In this document: positions 36,713 to 49,926 of the stretch, in pieces
Position numbering within the stretch: the first letter of the stretch is position 1
Layout: the number at the start of each line of letters is the position of its first letter
Assembly (NCBI GenBank): GCA_000708835.1
Contig: DF236970.1
Location: 124,001-188,000, forward strand
Origin: Klebsormidium nitens
Taxonomy: Eukaryota > Plantae > Klebsormidiophyceae
Reading direction: 5' to 3'
DNA: 64,000 nt
Notes under the pieces: model-generated
The model's input: the letters and a program-made list of their open reading frames with translations, nothing else
Told to the model about the DNA's origin: nothing
Database searches by the model: none
Made by a program: the position numbers and the translations under genes

Positions 36713-39700
36713 TTTAGGTATTCTCACTCAGCAACTGCGCGGAGAAACTGATCATTGATCCGTAATTGTCAACACTTGGAAAACGTAGCGTGTACAGCAG
36801 ATTTGTTTTTCTTTCCGGATCAGAAGTTGTTCCTCGCTCGAAATAGACACATATAGCACGCAGTATCCGACTTCAGTGATGAGGTTCTCAGGCCCTGCCT
36901 TGAGGTCACCCGCTTCCCGCTGCCAGGGAGAATCTGCTCCTATATGCGACATATCTCTGGCGGCTAGCGATGGCAAGTTCCTCTATTCTCAAAAGCAAGT
37001 CACTATCAAGCTTCATGCAAGTTCGCAACTCGGTTGGGAATCTTCCTAAATTAGGCATACGTGTGTAAAACTGAGTCGCATATATGGACACTAAATGCGT
37101 CTTCACTGGCGATCATTCTTTATAGTACCGTGAATGCATACGAACCATGCCGCCTGCCAGTCCCAATTACAAGCGAAGCAACGTACTGCCAACGTACATA
37201 CTATGTTCGGAGAAAGACTCCAGCTGTTGGGCAGCTAGCCGCGGCGCTCTGGTCGAAAATTTGCAGATATATCAATTGTTGTAGACATGTGTACAATTAC
37301 CATACAATCTGGCAAGTGTGTGCACAAGTATAAGTTCATCCGACCATACATGCACAGTGTATTGGCCACCACATGCTTGAGGCAGCGCGCATTGATCGGA
37401 TTGATCGATGCTTTCGAGCACACGTTTCGTGTTACATGCATGATACTAGCTGGAAGACCTGCGCGATCGTAGCCTGTGTATGCGCGTAACACGGCGATGT
37501 ATTGCACCTCAGGCATGCTGAGAACCATCATGTGACCGTCCCAACGCGGGCCCGTGTGCAACGTGACCTAAGATACCGTACGCGTTACCCAGGCACGTGA
37601 ACGAAAACCCCAACCGGAGTATGGACGCGCTCCGCACCCGAGCGGAGCCCACCCTGACCACGAGATTAACCCAACCCGTCTCCCGGGTGCCTATCTTACG
37701 TCACATGCCTGTTAAGTCGCTCGATCAGAAGCATCGGAGGGCCTCAGGCCGCCTGGTTACTGTAAACTGACCAACGGTTGCTGGAGCGACCCTCTTCGTC
37801 GTGCATGCTTGATGTATGCTTTGAAGCAGAGCGATCGGATGTAATCTGATCACATCACGTGCAGTCATTCACGCCCTACTGACACGAGCTTGATGTACAC
37901 GTGACCGGTGGGCGGAACTTGAGCTGTCATGCACAATCAATTCGACAAAGATGAGGATCACGACGGTGTCATGCATTTTGTTGAAAGCTAGGTGACTGCT
38001 TTGACCAGCTAGCCTGCCGATACTCGAATGCTGGAAAGAGTTGTCGCAAGCTTTGACACTCGCTTCATCACAATGCGTGTAGAGGACCGTGAAATGAATG
38101 AAAACGCGTATAACACGTTTGAAGTCTTCGTTCCTTTCAGACAATGCACGCTCTTCAGACCTGCGTCTTAAGATACGTACCGTAATTTGGAAGAGCTCGC
38201 TTTCAAAATCGTCTACTTTTTGGAGTTGACCAACTTACAAAGAGTGCGTGGCGGCGTAAGCAATTTCTGCTAAAAACCCTTGTCAATCAATCCATATGAC
38301 ATTAGTGTTGCAAAGTCCCGGCCATCGATGCATGTCAGACGCTATTATCAAGCGAAGATGACGGCAAAAAGTTCGGCATTAAAGCAGCGCTAGCCGTTTG
38401 CTTTCAGGACAATTTTTACTCGAGAGTACAAATAAGATTATGACCTGGTTCCTAAGTTCGGTAATTTTTCGGAAAGAAGTCCTTGCACCGACCGTAGGTA
38501 CCTTGGGACGAGCATCTTAAAGAGCAGCTTGTGGGAGCGATAGCGCCACCTCTCCAAGACAAGATCAGTCTGCTGTTTAAGAGATTTCGAAGTTTCAGAA
38601 GTTCACATTTTACCGCCCCTTGAGAGAGCTGCGACGTTAGTGAGGGCAGGGGACGCAAAGAGGAGAATCATTTCAGCTCAAGCGCAAATTCTCGCCAAGA
38701 CATGGCGAGGGTCAAACCCGTTTCACAGGAAAGGGCATAGCGAAGGCAATAGAAGGCGCTGATAGTTCAACAACGTGTGCAAGGTGCTGCAGTCACGACG
38801 CTTGTGAGAAGCGCGTTCGTTTGTTTAAGGTTGCAGTTTGGAAAAGGAGCTAGTGCTTCATGACGTCATCTTTGGCGTGTTTGTAGCGCCATCAAAGAGA
38901 AGCAGAACGGCGCAGCGAGGGGACATCCGCAGGAGCTCAATTCTGAAAGTGCAAGCGGCTTCGCTCGATAGTCATCTGCGATTCGTGCTCAAAGCAAGCA
39001 GAAAGGCTGGGTTGCAGGATATCAGAAGCATGCCATTAATCCGCAGAGCCTCCTGAGGCAGGCCAAAAACTAAAAAGGTAAGCCTCTCATGAAACTCTCT
39101 GAAGATTCCAATAGCTTCCTCTCAGAGAGGGGTCAGGTGTGATGATTGTGGTCGATGATTGATGCTTTCAGGCGCAAATTCTAGCAGGCCAAGACCATCT
39201 TTCAAGGCCTCCAATTTGTTTTGGCCTCGTACATCTAAGGACGCATCTGGAATCCTCGCCCCCAGTCGCAAGGCTGAATTGCACCACAAGGACGTCCATG
39301 TCCATTTTCCTGCGAACGGAGTCGTAGTATGTGAGCTCGGTCCCATTTGCTTGAAAGCAAAACTTGAAAAGCTTTTGACCTGTGGGACTGGTTGTAATCA
39401 GAGCAGGAGCCGGAAGAATTGAATGAACATCCGCATCTCGTTGGAGAATGACAGATCTCGAGTTTCAGATTCCTTTTTCCTCATGATCAGTGACTTTGCA
39501 GAGCAGCATTCACGACAATCACACTCCCATCATATCTTGCCCCTTTTTTACAGTAAATCATGCAAAGTCGGACGGGGGTTAGGATACCTCTATAAGGCAC
39601 GAGCATGGTCCTTGTACGTCCGCCTATTCTGGAAACGAATAAGCATTCTTTTGCGAAACTTTTCATGCTGTCTTTGGACGTCAAAGCCGTTTCTTTTCAC

Positions 39701-39970
39701 ATGCAGGTAGTCGAGAAGCAAGATAAGCGGGCAGCTTATCGCAAATAGTCACCCACCGCAAATTCATGCGAAGGCTCTGTCTTCGCTTGAGCTCGATAGC
39801 TGACCAAGGGGCGCAACTCTCAATACGTGATTCAAATCACAGCAAACCTTTGCCCCGAAAAGCACCTACAGGATTCAGAACCGGCGATAGCGGAAGGATC
39901 AGTAGTATTCGAGCAACCTTAGGATAGGAAAGCACCAACTTGCCTGGTTGCTCGATCAGAGAGTACAAGA

Positions 39971-42900
39971 ATGGTGAGCGAGGAGAGCCTTTCAGGGCCG
40001 GTGGACCGATACAGGGGGGGCTCTCAATACTCTGAAGGGGATGCAGCCGACTCAAGGCGTACTTCCAAGTCTGTAGTGCAACTGGAAATACTTCTTCGTG
40101 AAACAGAAGCCGTGAGGGAGGGGGAAGCAGACGAGGGGCAAGAAAGGGGGGGATCAGAGGGTGGAGATCCACCAATTGAAGAATCGCCAGAACAAAACCC
40201 GCTGGAAGAAGATCCACCGGAAGAGGATCCGCCGGAAGACGTTCAGCGAGAGGTAGATCCGCCGGAACAGGGGCTTTCGGAAGCCGGACACGGGCGCGGA
40301 ACTCCGGTCTTTCCTTTCGACCTCAATCGGCCTTACAGTCCTCAGGCAGCCACCCTCCGGAAGTCCGTTCCGTTCTTCTCATTCCCGTCGCATGAAAAGC
40401 CAGCGGATCGCCCTGGTCAAGCGGAGTCTTCGCAAGCTCAGCGGCAGTCGCCTAGCCTGGAACTTTCGCTCATGCCCGCAGGACTTTCCGTTGCCCTTGA
40501 ATCCGGTGGCGGAAACGGAAACCAGCAGATCGGAGCGGCGATGAGGGGCGGCTTCAGCGATAGGATCAACGCCACTCCCGGGCACGAAACGACGTTCCGC
40601 GGACTGGTGCAACTCCCGGTTGGTGAGCGGAGCCGCGCAGCGGCATTCGAGCTCGCGCGCGCGCGCGATCAGCCGGGGTACATGCTGGCGCACCGCCGGG
40701 CGATCATACAGGGCGGGGGCGCATTCCGGCCCGTTCCGGCGCGCCGGCCGGCGACCGCCCCGGCGCGTCCGCGGGCAAGCAGTCGCCCGTGGGCCCCCCG
40801 TCCCGATGCTCTGCACGCCCGGCACGCCCGCGGAAACTGGCCCGAGGGACCGCTCCCAGTCCCTCCTTGGCTCGCTGCTGCCTTCCGGTCCGTTCGGCAT
40901 CCAAACCCGAACCTTAACCCCGGCGTAGGACGGAACCCTGGACAAGAAGCAAACCCCGGTTTAAACCAACAACCAGATCCAAGTTCGAACCAAAATCCTG
41001 GTTCAAACCCTGGCTCAAACCCTGGCCCAAACCCTGGCTCCAATCCTGGCCCAAACCCTGCTTCGCACCAGGGTTCAAATCCTGGTTTGAACCCCGGCTC
41101 CAACCCTGGCCCAAACCCTGGCTCAAACCCTGGCGAGATTTCGGGTTCAGGCGGACAATCAAAGTCGAACCCAAATCCAAATCCGGGTGCGGGCTCAAAC
41201 CCAAAATCGAACCCGAACCCGAACCTGAACCCGAAGCCGAACCCAACCGACCACCCAAACCCGGACTCAAACCCCGGCGAACAAGAAAGGCGCCCCGAGG
41301 AGCGCTATCGGGTGGTTCAGGAGACCGGGATGATCCCCCAGATGTGGCCGGAGCTCGCGGCGGCTTTTCACCAGGAGGCGCCAGAGCTGTTCGGCCCGGA
41401 AGAGCGGTACCCAAGTCGGCACAGCGAGTACGAACCGGCTTCCAATCAGCCTGGGCCAACTCTTCTGGAGCTTGGGGGGATCCCTCTCGGGCTGACCCAG
41501 GCGGGGGAAGGGGCGCAGTTCGAGCAGCGGTTCAGCGGAAGATCGGCGTTCAGATTCGGCCCGGAGTCGTTTCAAGAGTCGCAGCCGTTCGGGGACACGC
41601 GGTACCAGCGGCAGGCGGAGATGGGGACCTGGCCGGGACAACCGGACACGTGGCGGCTTGGCACGGCTTTAGAGCAACCGGGTCAGGGGTTACAAGGACA
41701 GCAACCAAGTCGACAGACGCAGGAGAGGCGGGCTCTCGAGGGGTGGGAAGCTGAGTCAGGCGGCAGGGTTCCCGGAAGGTTTGCACCAAGTAGAGAGAGG
41801 CATGAATTCCAGGCGCTCGGAGGTCCTTATCAAGGGAGAGAAGTGGCGGGGGGAGGGATGGAAAGCGCGCGCGCGCCAGTTCTGCGGAGGCCGAGTTACC
41901 CTGCGGTTAGGGGCGAGATTGGGGTTTACGCTTCACAGCCGGGGGCGGGGGTTTCTTACGGTGCACGGGGGAGGGGTCCTGGAATGGGTGCAGGTTCCGT
42001 TCCTGGTTCCGTTTCCGTCCGGGGAGAGGTGGGAAGAGCCGGAACGAGCGGAAGGCCCAGTGCAACGGATACGCAAGTTCCAATGGAGCTTCTTCGAGAG
42101 CTCTTTCCTTTTGGAGGCGGTTTTGATGAAGCTCAGGGGGGTATGGCCGATTTTGCCTCGAGGGGCGAGGAGATGAATCCAAGCCAGGCGGTATTCGTTG
42201 AGAGCGAAAAGGGTCAACTGACGACCTCAAAGAGAGGCCAAGAGATTGGGGGATCCGGGGGAGGGATGAGGAGGGGAGCGGAACGGAAAACGGGCAGAAC
42301 GGGCGGAACGGCCGCCCTGGCGGAAGAAACTAGAGTGGGCCAAACGGTTGAAGCAACTAGGAGGGGCTGGATGGAAGAAGAAGGTGGAACGGGCCGAGAA
42401 AAAAGAGTGGGCGAAACGGGCGGAACGGGCGGAACGGGCGGATTGGGTGGACTGGGCGGACTGCAAGATATGGGAGGATTTGGTGTCGCGAGGGAGCGGC
42501 CCGCCGAGGAACGGGATGAGAGAGAGCGAAGCAGAGGAAAGAGGAGCATAGAAGAAAGTAGCGAGGTAAGTGATTAGCTGACAACACAGCACCTAAAAAT
42601 CTGGAACTTTTGTTGCCAGAGAACTAAGAAAGAGAGGATGGAAGAGATTGGACTAAACGAAAGCGTTCTAAGCGTCTTTGAGTTCCCTTTCTTCCTTTCC
42701 AATTGCCTGGAGATCGTTTACGGAACGCTCGGTCCGCCCAGTGATGCTGCGAACAAGCAGTGTTCATATCAGAGGATAAAAGCTGACGTCATTCTGTTGG
42801 CGGTGGTTGGCAGGTCACTACTCGAAACGCTGCGCGCTCCTGGCTTCAAAGCATCTTTCCTTGCTCGTCGCTTACAGAAACTTTCTGCATGCGTTGGCAG

Positions 42901-44440
42901 ACTTGCCCCCAAGTTTCTGAGCAAAAGTGAGACAGCGCGTCCTCCGGCCAAGGTGATGTAGAAGGGCAGCGACTATCTGCGAATCCTTCTGAGGACAGAG
43001 AGTTTCAGCGAGTGCCATTCCCTTCTTTGAGCTGTACTGCAGGTCGTAACATCGAAGACTGGATAGGAAGCGCGTTTAACGGATGCTGGACTACAATCAA
43101 ACAATGACCGAATCTGAGCCCGCAACGGCTCAAACATTACCAGGTTCTTTGGCCACGGTGCAGAAAGAAGCTTTACCCATATGAAGCTGCCCTCAAGGGT
43201 AGTTGACGAAGGCTTAGACCAGAAGTCCTTTGAACCGAAAAGCAAGTAAACCGCAACAACTTCTCCCCTGCAGGAGCAAGACGAGGCGCGGCCGCGCAAG
43301 CGCGGTGGCAACCTGCCGCGCCCGGCCGTCGACCGCATGGGCCAATGGCTGCGTGAGAATTTTCACCATCCGTACCCAACAGAGGTGATTCCACCATCGA
43401 ACCATTCCTGTTTTTTTAAACAGCCGTTTCAAAATAGCGGATGGTGCAGCCAGGACGGTCGAGGTCTGCGGATCTCTGTCTGCCTCCAGTGTACTCAGCT
43501 AGTCGCCTGTCTTTACCTCTGCCTGACTGCGAGCCACTTGAAAAGGGCGTATGAAGCGCTCTATAGAAGTGTCCAATCTGCGATTGGACAGCGCGCGGCG
43601 TGAGCGCAGACAATGAAGCCTTCGAAAGGCTCGCATTTGAGCAGCGCACAACGTCGCGCAAGCGCCCCGATCCATCATTTGTCTAGAAAAGCCCTTTAAA
43701 TCACCGTGACGCTTTGCACACTGGAATAAGCGTTCAAAACGAAGTCGCTTGATCGTTGTGCCTTGTGACTCTACACGCCTCGTTTTTGTCATCGATGGAC
43801 GTTACTAAGCGCGTGATCCGTAGCTCCATTCAGGCTGTGATGAAGAGGTCAAGTATGTGAATGCACTACCGGATGCGTCCTGATGTCCATGCGCACAGGA
43901 AACGAAGCAAGCTTTGGCCGCGGAAACAGGACTCACAGTCACCCAAGTCAGCAACTGGTTCATCAACGCGAGGGTAAGCATACTCAGAAATGGTGGCTCG
44001 TCCGTTCCTCGTACAATAGCCCTTCACGAACGTCGTGAAAATTTTCAGCAGACATTGCGGAGAGAGGAGCCGCAGCGAAATCCATATTTTTCTAAAAAAA
44101 AAAGCTCTTTTGAGGACCTGGCAACGGTCTTCTTCTGCACTAGTTTGAAGAAGAAGCAAAGTCGTTGTTGAAACGAGAACTTGTTTTGCTGATGCAGGGT
44201 ACGTCTGGTTATGGCGTTCTCCAGTCTCACCACCGTTGCCTCACGTCTGGCTAACGCTTGTTAAGATAGAGAATGGAAAGCCTGGATGTCTTCCAAGGAG
44301 CTTTGATAGCGTCATCTTGCAACGTGACCATATTGGCTGTCCCAACTGTGCAGGTGCGAATCTGGAAGCCGGCGCTTGAAAAGATGCGTAAAGAATCCGG
44401 ACTATTTCCTAGCAGTCCGCCCAGGCCAAGCAGTGTGTAG
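39971..44440 (+). CDS. BELL-class TALE homeodomain transcription factor with long low-complexity N-terminus, 955 aa
   Basis: Exons 39971-42565, 43274-43384, 43899-43973, 44354-44440. The homeodomain RGGNLPRPAV..WL.ENFHHPYPTE..K..LA..TGLT..QVSNWFINARVRIWKP has the TALE PYP loop and the BELL-type ARVRxWKP ending. Confidence 0.93.
40895..41280 (+). repeat. Coding Asn-Pro-Gly-Ser repeat (GSNPGPNP)n / (NP)n in homeobox exon 1
   Basis: Repeated GGCTCAAACCCTGGCCCAAACCCT-like units in frame. Confidence 0.9.
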
Positions 44441-46058
44441 AAAGACCAAACTTGAACTTTGAAACTTGGGGCCGTCAGTTGCTTGACGCATCAGGTCTCC
44501 TTTGCATTCCATGCCAGATGAGTGATACAGAGAATGTTGCTTGAGTATTCGTGGTGCGTAAGAGGGGTATAGATGTAATGCTATGGCTTGTTAGTTGAAA
44601 GGTGCTAACCTAGGCAGAGTAGCAGCCTATGTAGGTGCTGCCGGACCAGCACTTTCGTAGTACTCAATTGGTTAGGAATATGATCCATCGGGCTTTGCAA
44701 CAAGCAATCAGGCTGCGGAGAGACGCCGGTAAGCAGAGATGCTTTTGCAATTACGTGATGCTGCTTTGGAGGGCACGAGTGGCTGTTACGTAGCTACATC
44801 ACACTGCGCGTACGTTCTCATGATTCGACTGTCGAATGTTGACCCTTACTACGCTGTCCGGGTGCTTTTCATCCTCATAGGCTCGTCTTAGTATTCTCGA
44901 TTGCAATGCTTATCGGAAGTCAGGTATGCCTCGTAAAGAATGTCTTCGCATGACAATGACCAGGCTTAACGAAGGGTTGAAACTGGCCGCTCGCTCTAAT
45001 ATGGCCGTTCGTGGGCCGTTCTCCCTCGAGAATATGTTGATCGGATGTATAACTCAATTATGTCCCACTCGCTGGCACACGAGCGGTTTGAATATGAGTA
45101 TCACGTTTCGGAACTCTCATCGAATAACTTGCGGATGAATCCACTAAATTCGCACTCCTATGGGCAATTGACAATACACAGACTGTCGTACACATGTTGT
45201 GTTGAGCTGCCATTCAAATAAGATGGAGAGAGGTGCCGAACTGCGTGTGGCAAGCATCGACGAGTAATTATGCTGCAATCACCTGCTAGGAAGCTAGATA
45301 CAAGGGACAGGGCCTCATCGTGATCGACTCCGCGATCGTAGCGTACCGACGGTCATGAGTGAAGCAGCAGGTATACGACATCCTGCCCAGCTGGCAGCAC
45401 AACTTCTGGCGAGTTGTGCAAGCGCGCTTGCAACCTCAGGCCTGTATGTTGTGCCACCCTGCATGTGTGACCCGCATGTACAGCCAACTTCGTACGCAAC
45501 GGTGAGGATCGGACGCGATTCTGAGTCAGAATTGCCGAATTTGGACGTCCGCATTCATTGCAGCGCCCGGGACCGCGGCCCCCGCATTTGAAGCCTGAGG
45601 CTCGGGTCCGGTCACGGTGCCCGAAAATAGCCTACGGTAGTACCAACCGCGCGATGCGCATCGGCTGTAACGCTCCAGACAACTAAAAGAGTTTGACTTA
45701 ACTCATAAGACTTTGAACGCCTCCGATGTCCTCTTTGTTCTTTGGAGTAATATTGGACGGTTCAGATGAACTTTGGTTTGAGTTGCTAACTTTTGTGCCA
45801 TCTGACTATCCGTCCGGCCGACCGGCCATAGCCTCCGGCCGGTTGTACGGCATCAATCTTCAAATTTATCGCCTCCGCCGTCGCCGGAACCGGATGCCCG
45901 TGGGTTTCGCAGACTCCGTCGATCGGGCGCCTCAGAATGCTCTTCGACGACATGGCCTTTACCAGACTTGAATTGCTTCCGCGTCGAAAACTTATAATGT
46001 TGGAAGTACCACGGTCGGCCCTCGGGTGAATGTGCAAGTCCGAACAATACGGAGAAAC

Positions 46059-46067
46059 AAACCCTAA
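46059..46067 (+). promoter_or_regulatory. Telo-box (AAACCCTAA) overlapping a possible ATG micro-exon
   Basis: AAACCCTA-ATG GCG CTG|GTGAGG could supply a phase-0 exon 1 for the SPARK-like gene. Confidence 0.3.
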
Positions 46068-47310
46068 TGGCGCTGGTGAGGCGTCATGGCGCCTTCAAGG
46101 CATTGAGATCAGCAGGAGGCGCAACATGGGGCCAGATCAGAGCTAGGGGAAGAGCAAATCAACCCGGGACGCAAGCTTTGTGGGCGTTTCCTTGCCCTGC
46201 TTCTTAGCTGATGTGACACAATCATACACTGTATCCAACCTGATCGCCCAAGAGATATGGCTGCGCCCAGCGTCCATATCACGGAACCTTCTCACAGCCC
46301 CTACACAGTGTTACCTGCCGCCCGCCCTCTTCCCACATCATTCTCGGAACTCATCCGCAGGTCGATTTGTAGTGCCTGGGACCTTTTGCCTCTGATCAAA
46401 ACTTCGCCTGGAGCTCCGACCTGTCAAGCAGCTCCATTGCTTGTTCATTCATTTGTATCAGCAGTCAACACAGTCAACTTCGCTTCAAGGTGTCCTAGTT
46501 GCTCGTGTGACAAGAGTGGTTGAGCAAAAAGGCGCTGCGAGTCGCTGGGCCGGCATAGCGCTAGCGAGCTGCAAGCGTCCGCTACTGCGCTTGTTGCGAA
46601 GCTGCTGAAAGACAAGCATAAAGCGCAGGTGTTCAGTGAGCGACATTTGAAAGAAAGTTAAGCTACTAACATCAAAAGACAAGAGTGTACGCGGTGGTGT
46701 GAAAATGGCACTCGCAGAGGAGCCTACCCGGTCGAAAGTATGGTCGGTGTTCTTCCGGCATGCAAAATTCGGCATGCTCATGCTCAACATGGGGTCCAAG
46801 CTGGTGGCAGTCTTTGTAGTTCTCGTCATAGGTGAGTGCACACCATTGTCCATCATTTGCTGCTTTCTCTGCTTCCTTTTTGGCCAAGTGAGGGTGATGT
46901 GCTTGTGTTTCTGAAGTTCTGCTTTTGCTAGCGGGGGCCAGCATTGGAACTCTGCATTTCATTACAACTAGAAGTGACCAGATAGCTTACTTTGAAATGC
47001 TGTGGTATATTCCATCACCATACAAAGCAACTAGAAAGTAAAGAGCCTATTACTTCAAACATTTGGCGGTTGAGTTGCATTTTGTTGTGTCCTGCTTCTG
47101 TACTGGTGTTTTGGTACATATAGACATCAGAGCTTCTTCTGAGCTTTGCATATCTGGACAGCTGTTGAGTAGTCTCTGTGCAAATTTACTACTAACGAGC
47201 CCGAGCAAGCAGAAAGCTGAGTGTACTTGAAGAAAAACTCTCTTTGGTTCTTCAGTCAAGGCAGCTTACAGGAGATTGGCAACCTGCACTTCTGTTTCGT
47301 CGCATGGTAG

Positions 47311-48819
47311 AAAAGGAAAGGCAGCTCGTTGCCTTTCATCCTGATCATGCTGACACTAGTAAGCTTCAGCTTGGTGGTTACTGAGGCCGTTCGTTCTTTT
47401 GCAGTTGGAACAACCAGAGATCCTGGCGTCGACGATGCAACCACACAAGGGGCATCCGCAGGCCCCACAATCCGGTCACGACGAGAGCTCAGAGGTGAGC
47501 CAACTGGGATGCAGTTTTTTGTAAACACTGCCTGTCACGTTCAATCAAGTACATCTAATGTATCTTATCCTCACTGCTATTGTGAGATCGCTTGGCAACA
47601 GCAGTCAACCCTCGATCTGAACCCTGGTCCCTAATTGCTTGAGGGGGTGCTAGCTTGACATGACCACTTGTGCAGTTAAGGTTGGTGAAGATTGGCAGCA
47701 TAACAAACTTGCATGCCAATCTGCAATCGTTTCTGTTGCTTGGCTATTGACAGTCGTGCATCCAAATGGGTTGCCCTCCAGATTGGCTGCCATTAAGCTA
47801 GTTACTAACCTCATCTACAAGCATAACCTGCCTCTTAACCCTGTCCTCGTTAACTGTGCAGAATACGTTCCCCCCGCCACCTGCCCCTTCGACTTCTCCC
47901 AGACGCCCTTCCCCATGACCCTCTCTCTCTGCTCCCTTCCCAACGCGTGGAGTGAATCCTGCTGCGCTGCGATCAGAAACGACTTTTGGATCCCCGCCTT
48001 TGGCCAAAATACTGAAAGGTGAGCGCACAAAAGTTCAGGCACTCTTCTGGGAGCTGATCTGTTACGAAGACATGTAACTGAGATAAGAGCAGGGAGGGAT
48101 CGAAGCGACCCGTATGCTTGTCATTTTGTACAGGTCCCGTAAGGCTTCATCAACAAGGCCTCTTTGATTTAGGATTCTGTCACGTCAAATGGTGTATCTT
48201 TCATCAGACGGAGCGAAACTCAAAACTCTTTAGAAGGGGCATCGATCAAGTGCGAAGACCAGTGCCTTCCGCACAATACCTACTCATGGCAAGACCCTTC
48301 TCCACCAACAAGCCGATTGTTCGCTGGTTCCTTCGGCTGGTTCTGACCCTCTCTTCTCCCCCCTCCCGCAGCATCCCCGACACTTGCATCGCCGCCGTCG
48401 AGGCGCGGCTCCTGCAAGAGCAGCTCGAGATCAAGTACTCCAAAGTCTGCGGCAGCGACGGCGTTCTGAGCGACCCCCTCCTTCGGCGAGGCCAACCGGG
48501 CGACAACCAAATGCAAACCGCTCCGGAAGACGGGTCCGATTCCGAGTTCGAAAACGTGGTCAGCCAACTGTTGTATAGCGAAGAGTCCCTGGAGGAGATC
48601 CCCGGGGACACGAGGCCACTGGAAGAGCGGTCGGTAGAGTCTACCGAGGAGACGGAAGAAGAGGTAAAAGTGGAGGCGGTGCGGCCGAATGTTCTGTCCC
48701 GGCCCTGGGGGTGGGAGAACGGGTCCGATTCTACAAACGATGTTGAGGGGCAGGAGTTGACACTGACGATAACTGTGATGGACGAGTTGCGGAGGGAGAT
48801 GCCGGTTGTGTCGGTATAG
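47311..48819 (+). CDS. Secreted Cys-rich SPARK/LLG-like domain protein with acidic tail; start uncertain
   Basis: Exons ~47311/47347-47494 (hydrophobic signal, RRELR), 47862-48018 (CPFDF...C...CC), 48372-48819 (C...C, then E/D-rich) are in frame. Six Cys in SPARK-like spacing. Confidence 0.7.
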
Positions 48820-49926
48820 AACAAGTCCGTTCGTCGAGGTTTCTTACTGCCCGTCCGTGTCCTACCACAGCAACGTTACGAGTTGGACCCAAGGTTGCCG
48901 CACGCGTCCCCTCCTGAGTCGGTCAGCGTCTAGCTTATTTAACCGTCAAGTCAGTCTAGAGTTTAAGGTGTGCCCAGCGCGGGTGACGATCAAGACAAAG
49001 TGAGTCTACCGCAGTCAGTTTCAAACTTAGAACTGCTATTAGGCACTGCAGTGGCAGCTTGCCACGTTGCAAATGCAAGAGTTGGCCAACAGTACAGGAG
49101 CTCGTAAACCAAGACGATGATATTTTTAGAATCTGGTTTATACTGGCTTTCCTGCAATCCTGTAAATCATGTTGATTGGTCAACTGAATGTTCCAGTCAT
49201 GCATTGAATTTCACTGCCGTTAAGCAATAACCGAGATAGACAATCATGGCATGTGCATGAAAGATTTTATAAACCAGTAGTTAATTGAATTCACTTCCGA
49301 CGATCATATGCAGTAGTGAGCCCATTGTGCATGTGCAATGAATCAATGCGTGAGCTCTCAAGATGGACTCGTGTACAAGAGCTGTTCAATAGGTATATGA
49401 TATGCGCGGCCCGGCGGCCCGAGTGCCGGTACCAAAACTGCCCACACTCAGCGCGCCACATGCATGTGAAAATGTTTAAGCAGACACTGTGAGCTTGCTC
49501 GATGAATGTTGATCGAGGCCTTGAAAAACGCCGTACATATATCCAGAGTCGTAACATTCCATGCGGCCTCAGTGCTCGCCGTTGTGTTGCATGATGAGTT
49601 GCCAGTCGCTTTTGAAATAAGTTGTTGCATGCGATTCGCAGTACGTGATCTTTCTGTGTTTTGATGATTGTTGTGTACATGCGGTACGGCGCAACGACCA
49701 AAGGATTGTTCAAGTCAATAGCAAGAAAACATATTAATCCCATTGACATATGGAAATCATTACAAGTCTATTTTTGTACTTGCAGTTTTCCTGCAGCTTC
49801 TCCATTTTCTGGCCACGTATCCTTACAAATGATTCTCGATAGTATCAAAATCTGTTGCTCTGCTCAGCATCAATGATGAGCGCTAGCTTTGGGCGAAACG
49901 CCCAACTTGACCACTCAATCCACAAA

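Noticed and set aside
37561-37707. Possible MITE bounded by ACGTGACCTAAGATA / TATCTTACGTCACAT
   Set aside because: The inverted repeat is short and imperfect, with no target-site duplication or second copy seen in the window.
40895-41280. AAACCCT runs as interstitial telomeric repeat
   Set aside because: Units read AAACCCTGG/AAACCCG in frame as Asn-Pro-Gly codons, not (TTTAGGG)n.
40379-42592. Many overlapping ORFs on both strands over homeobox exon 1
   Set aside because: Stop-poor shadows of a GC-rich repetitive coding exon.
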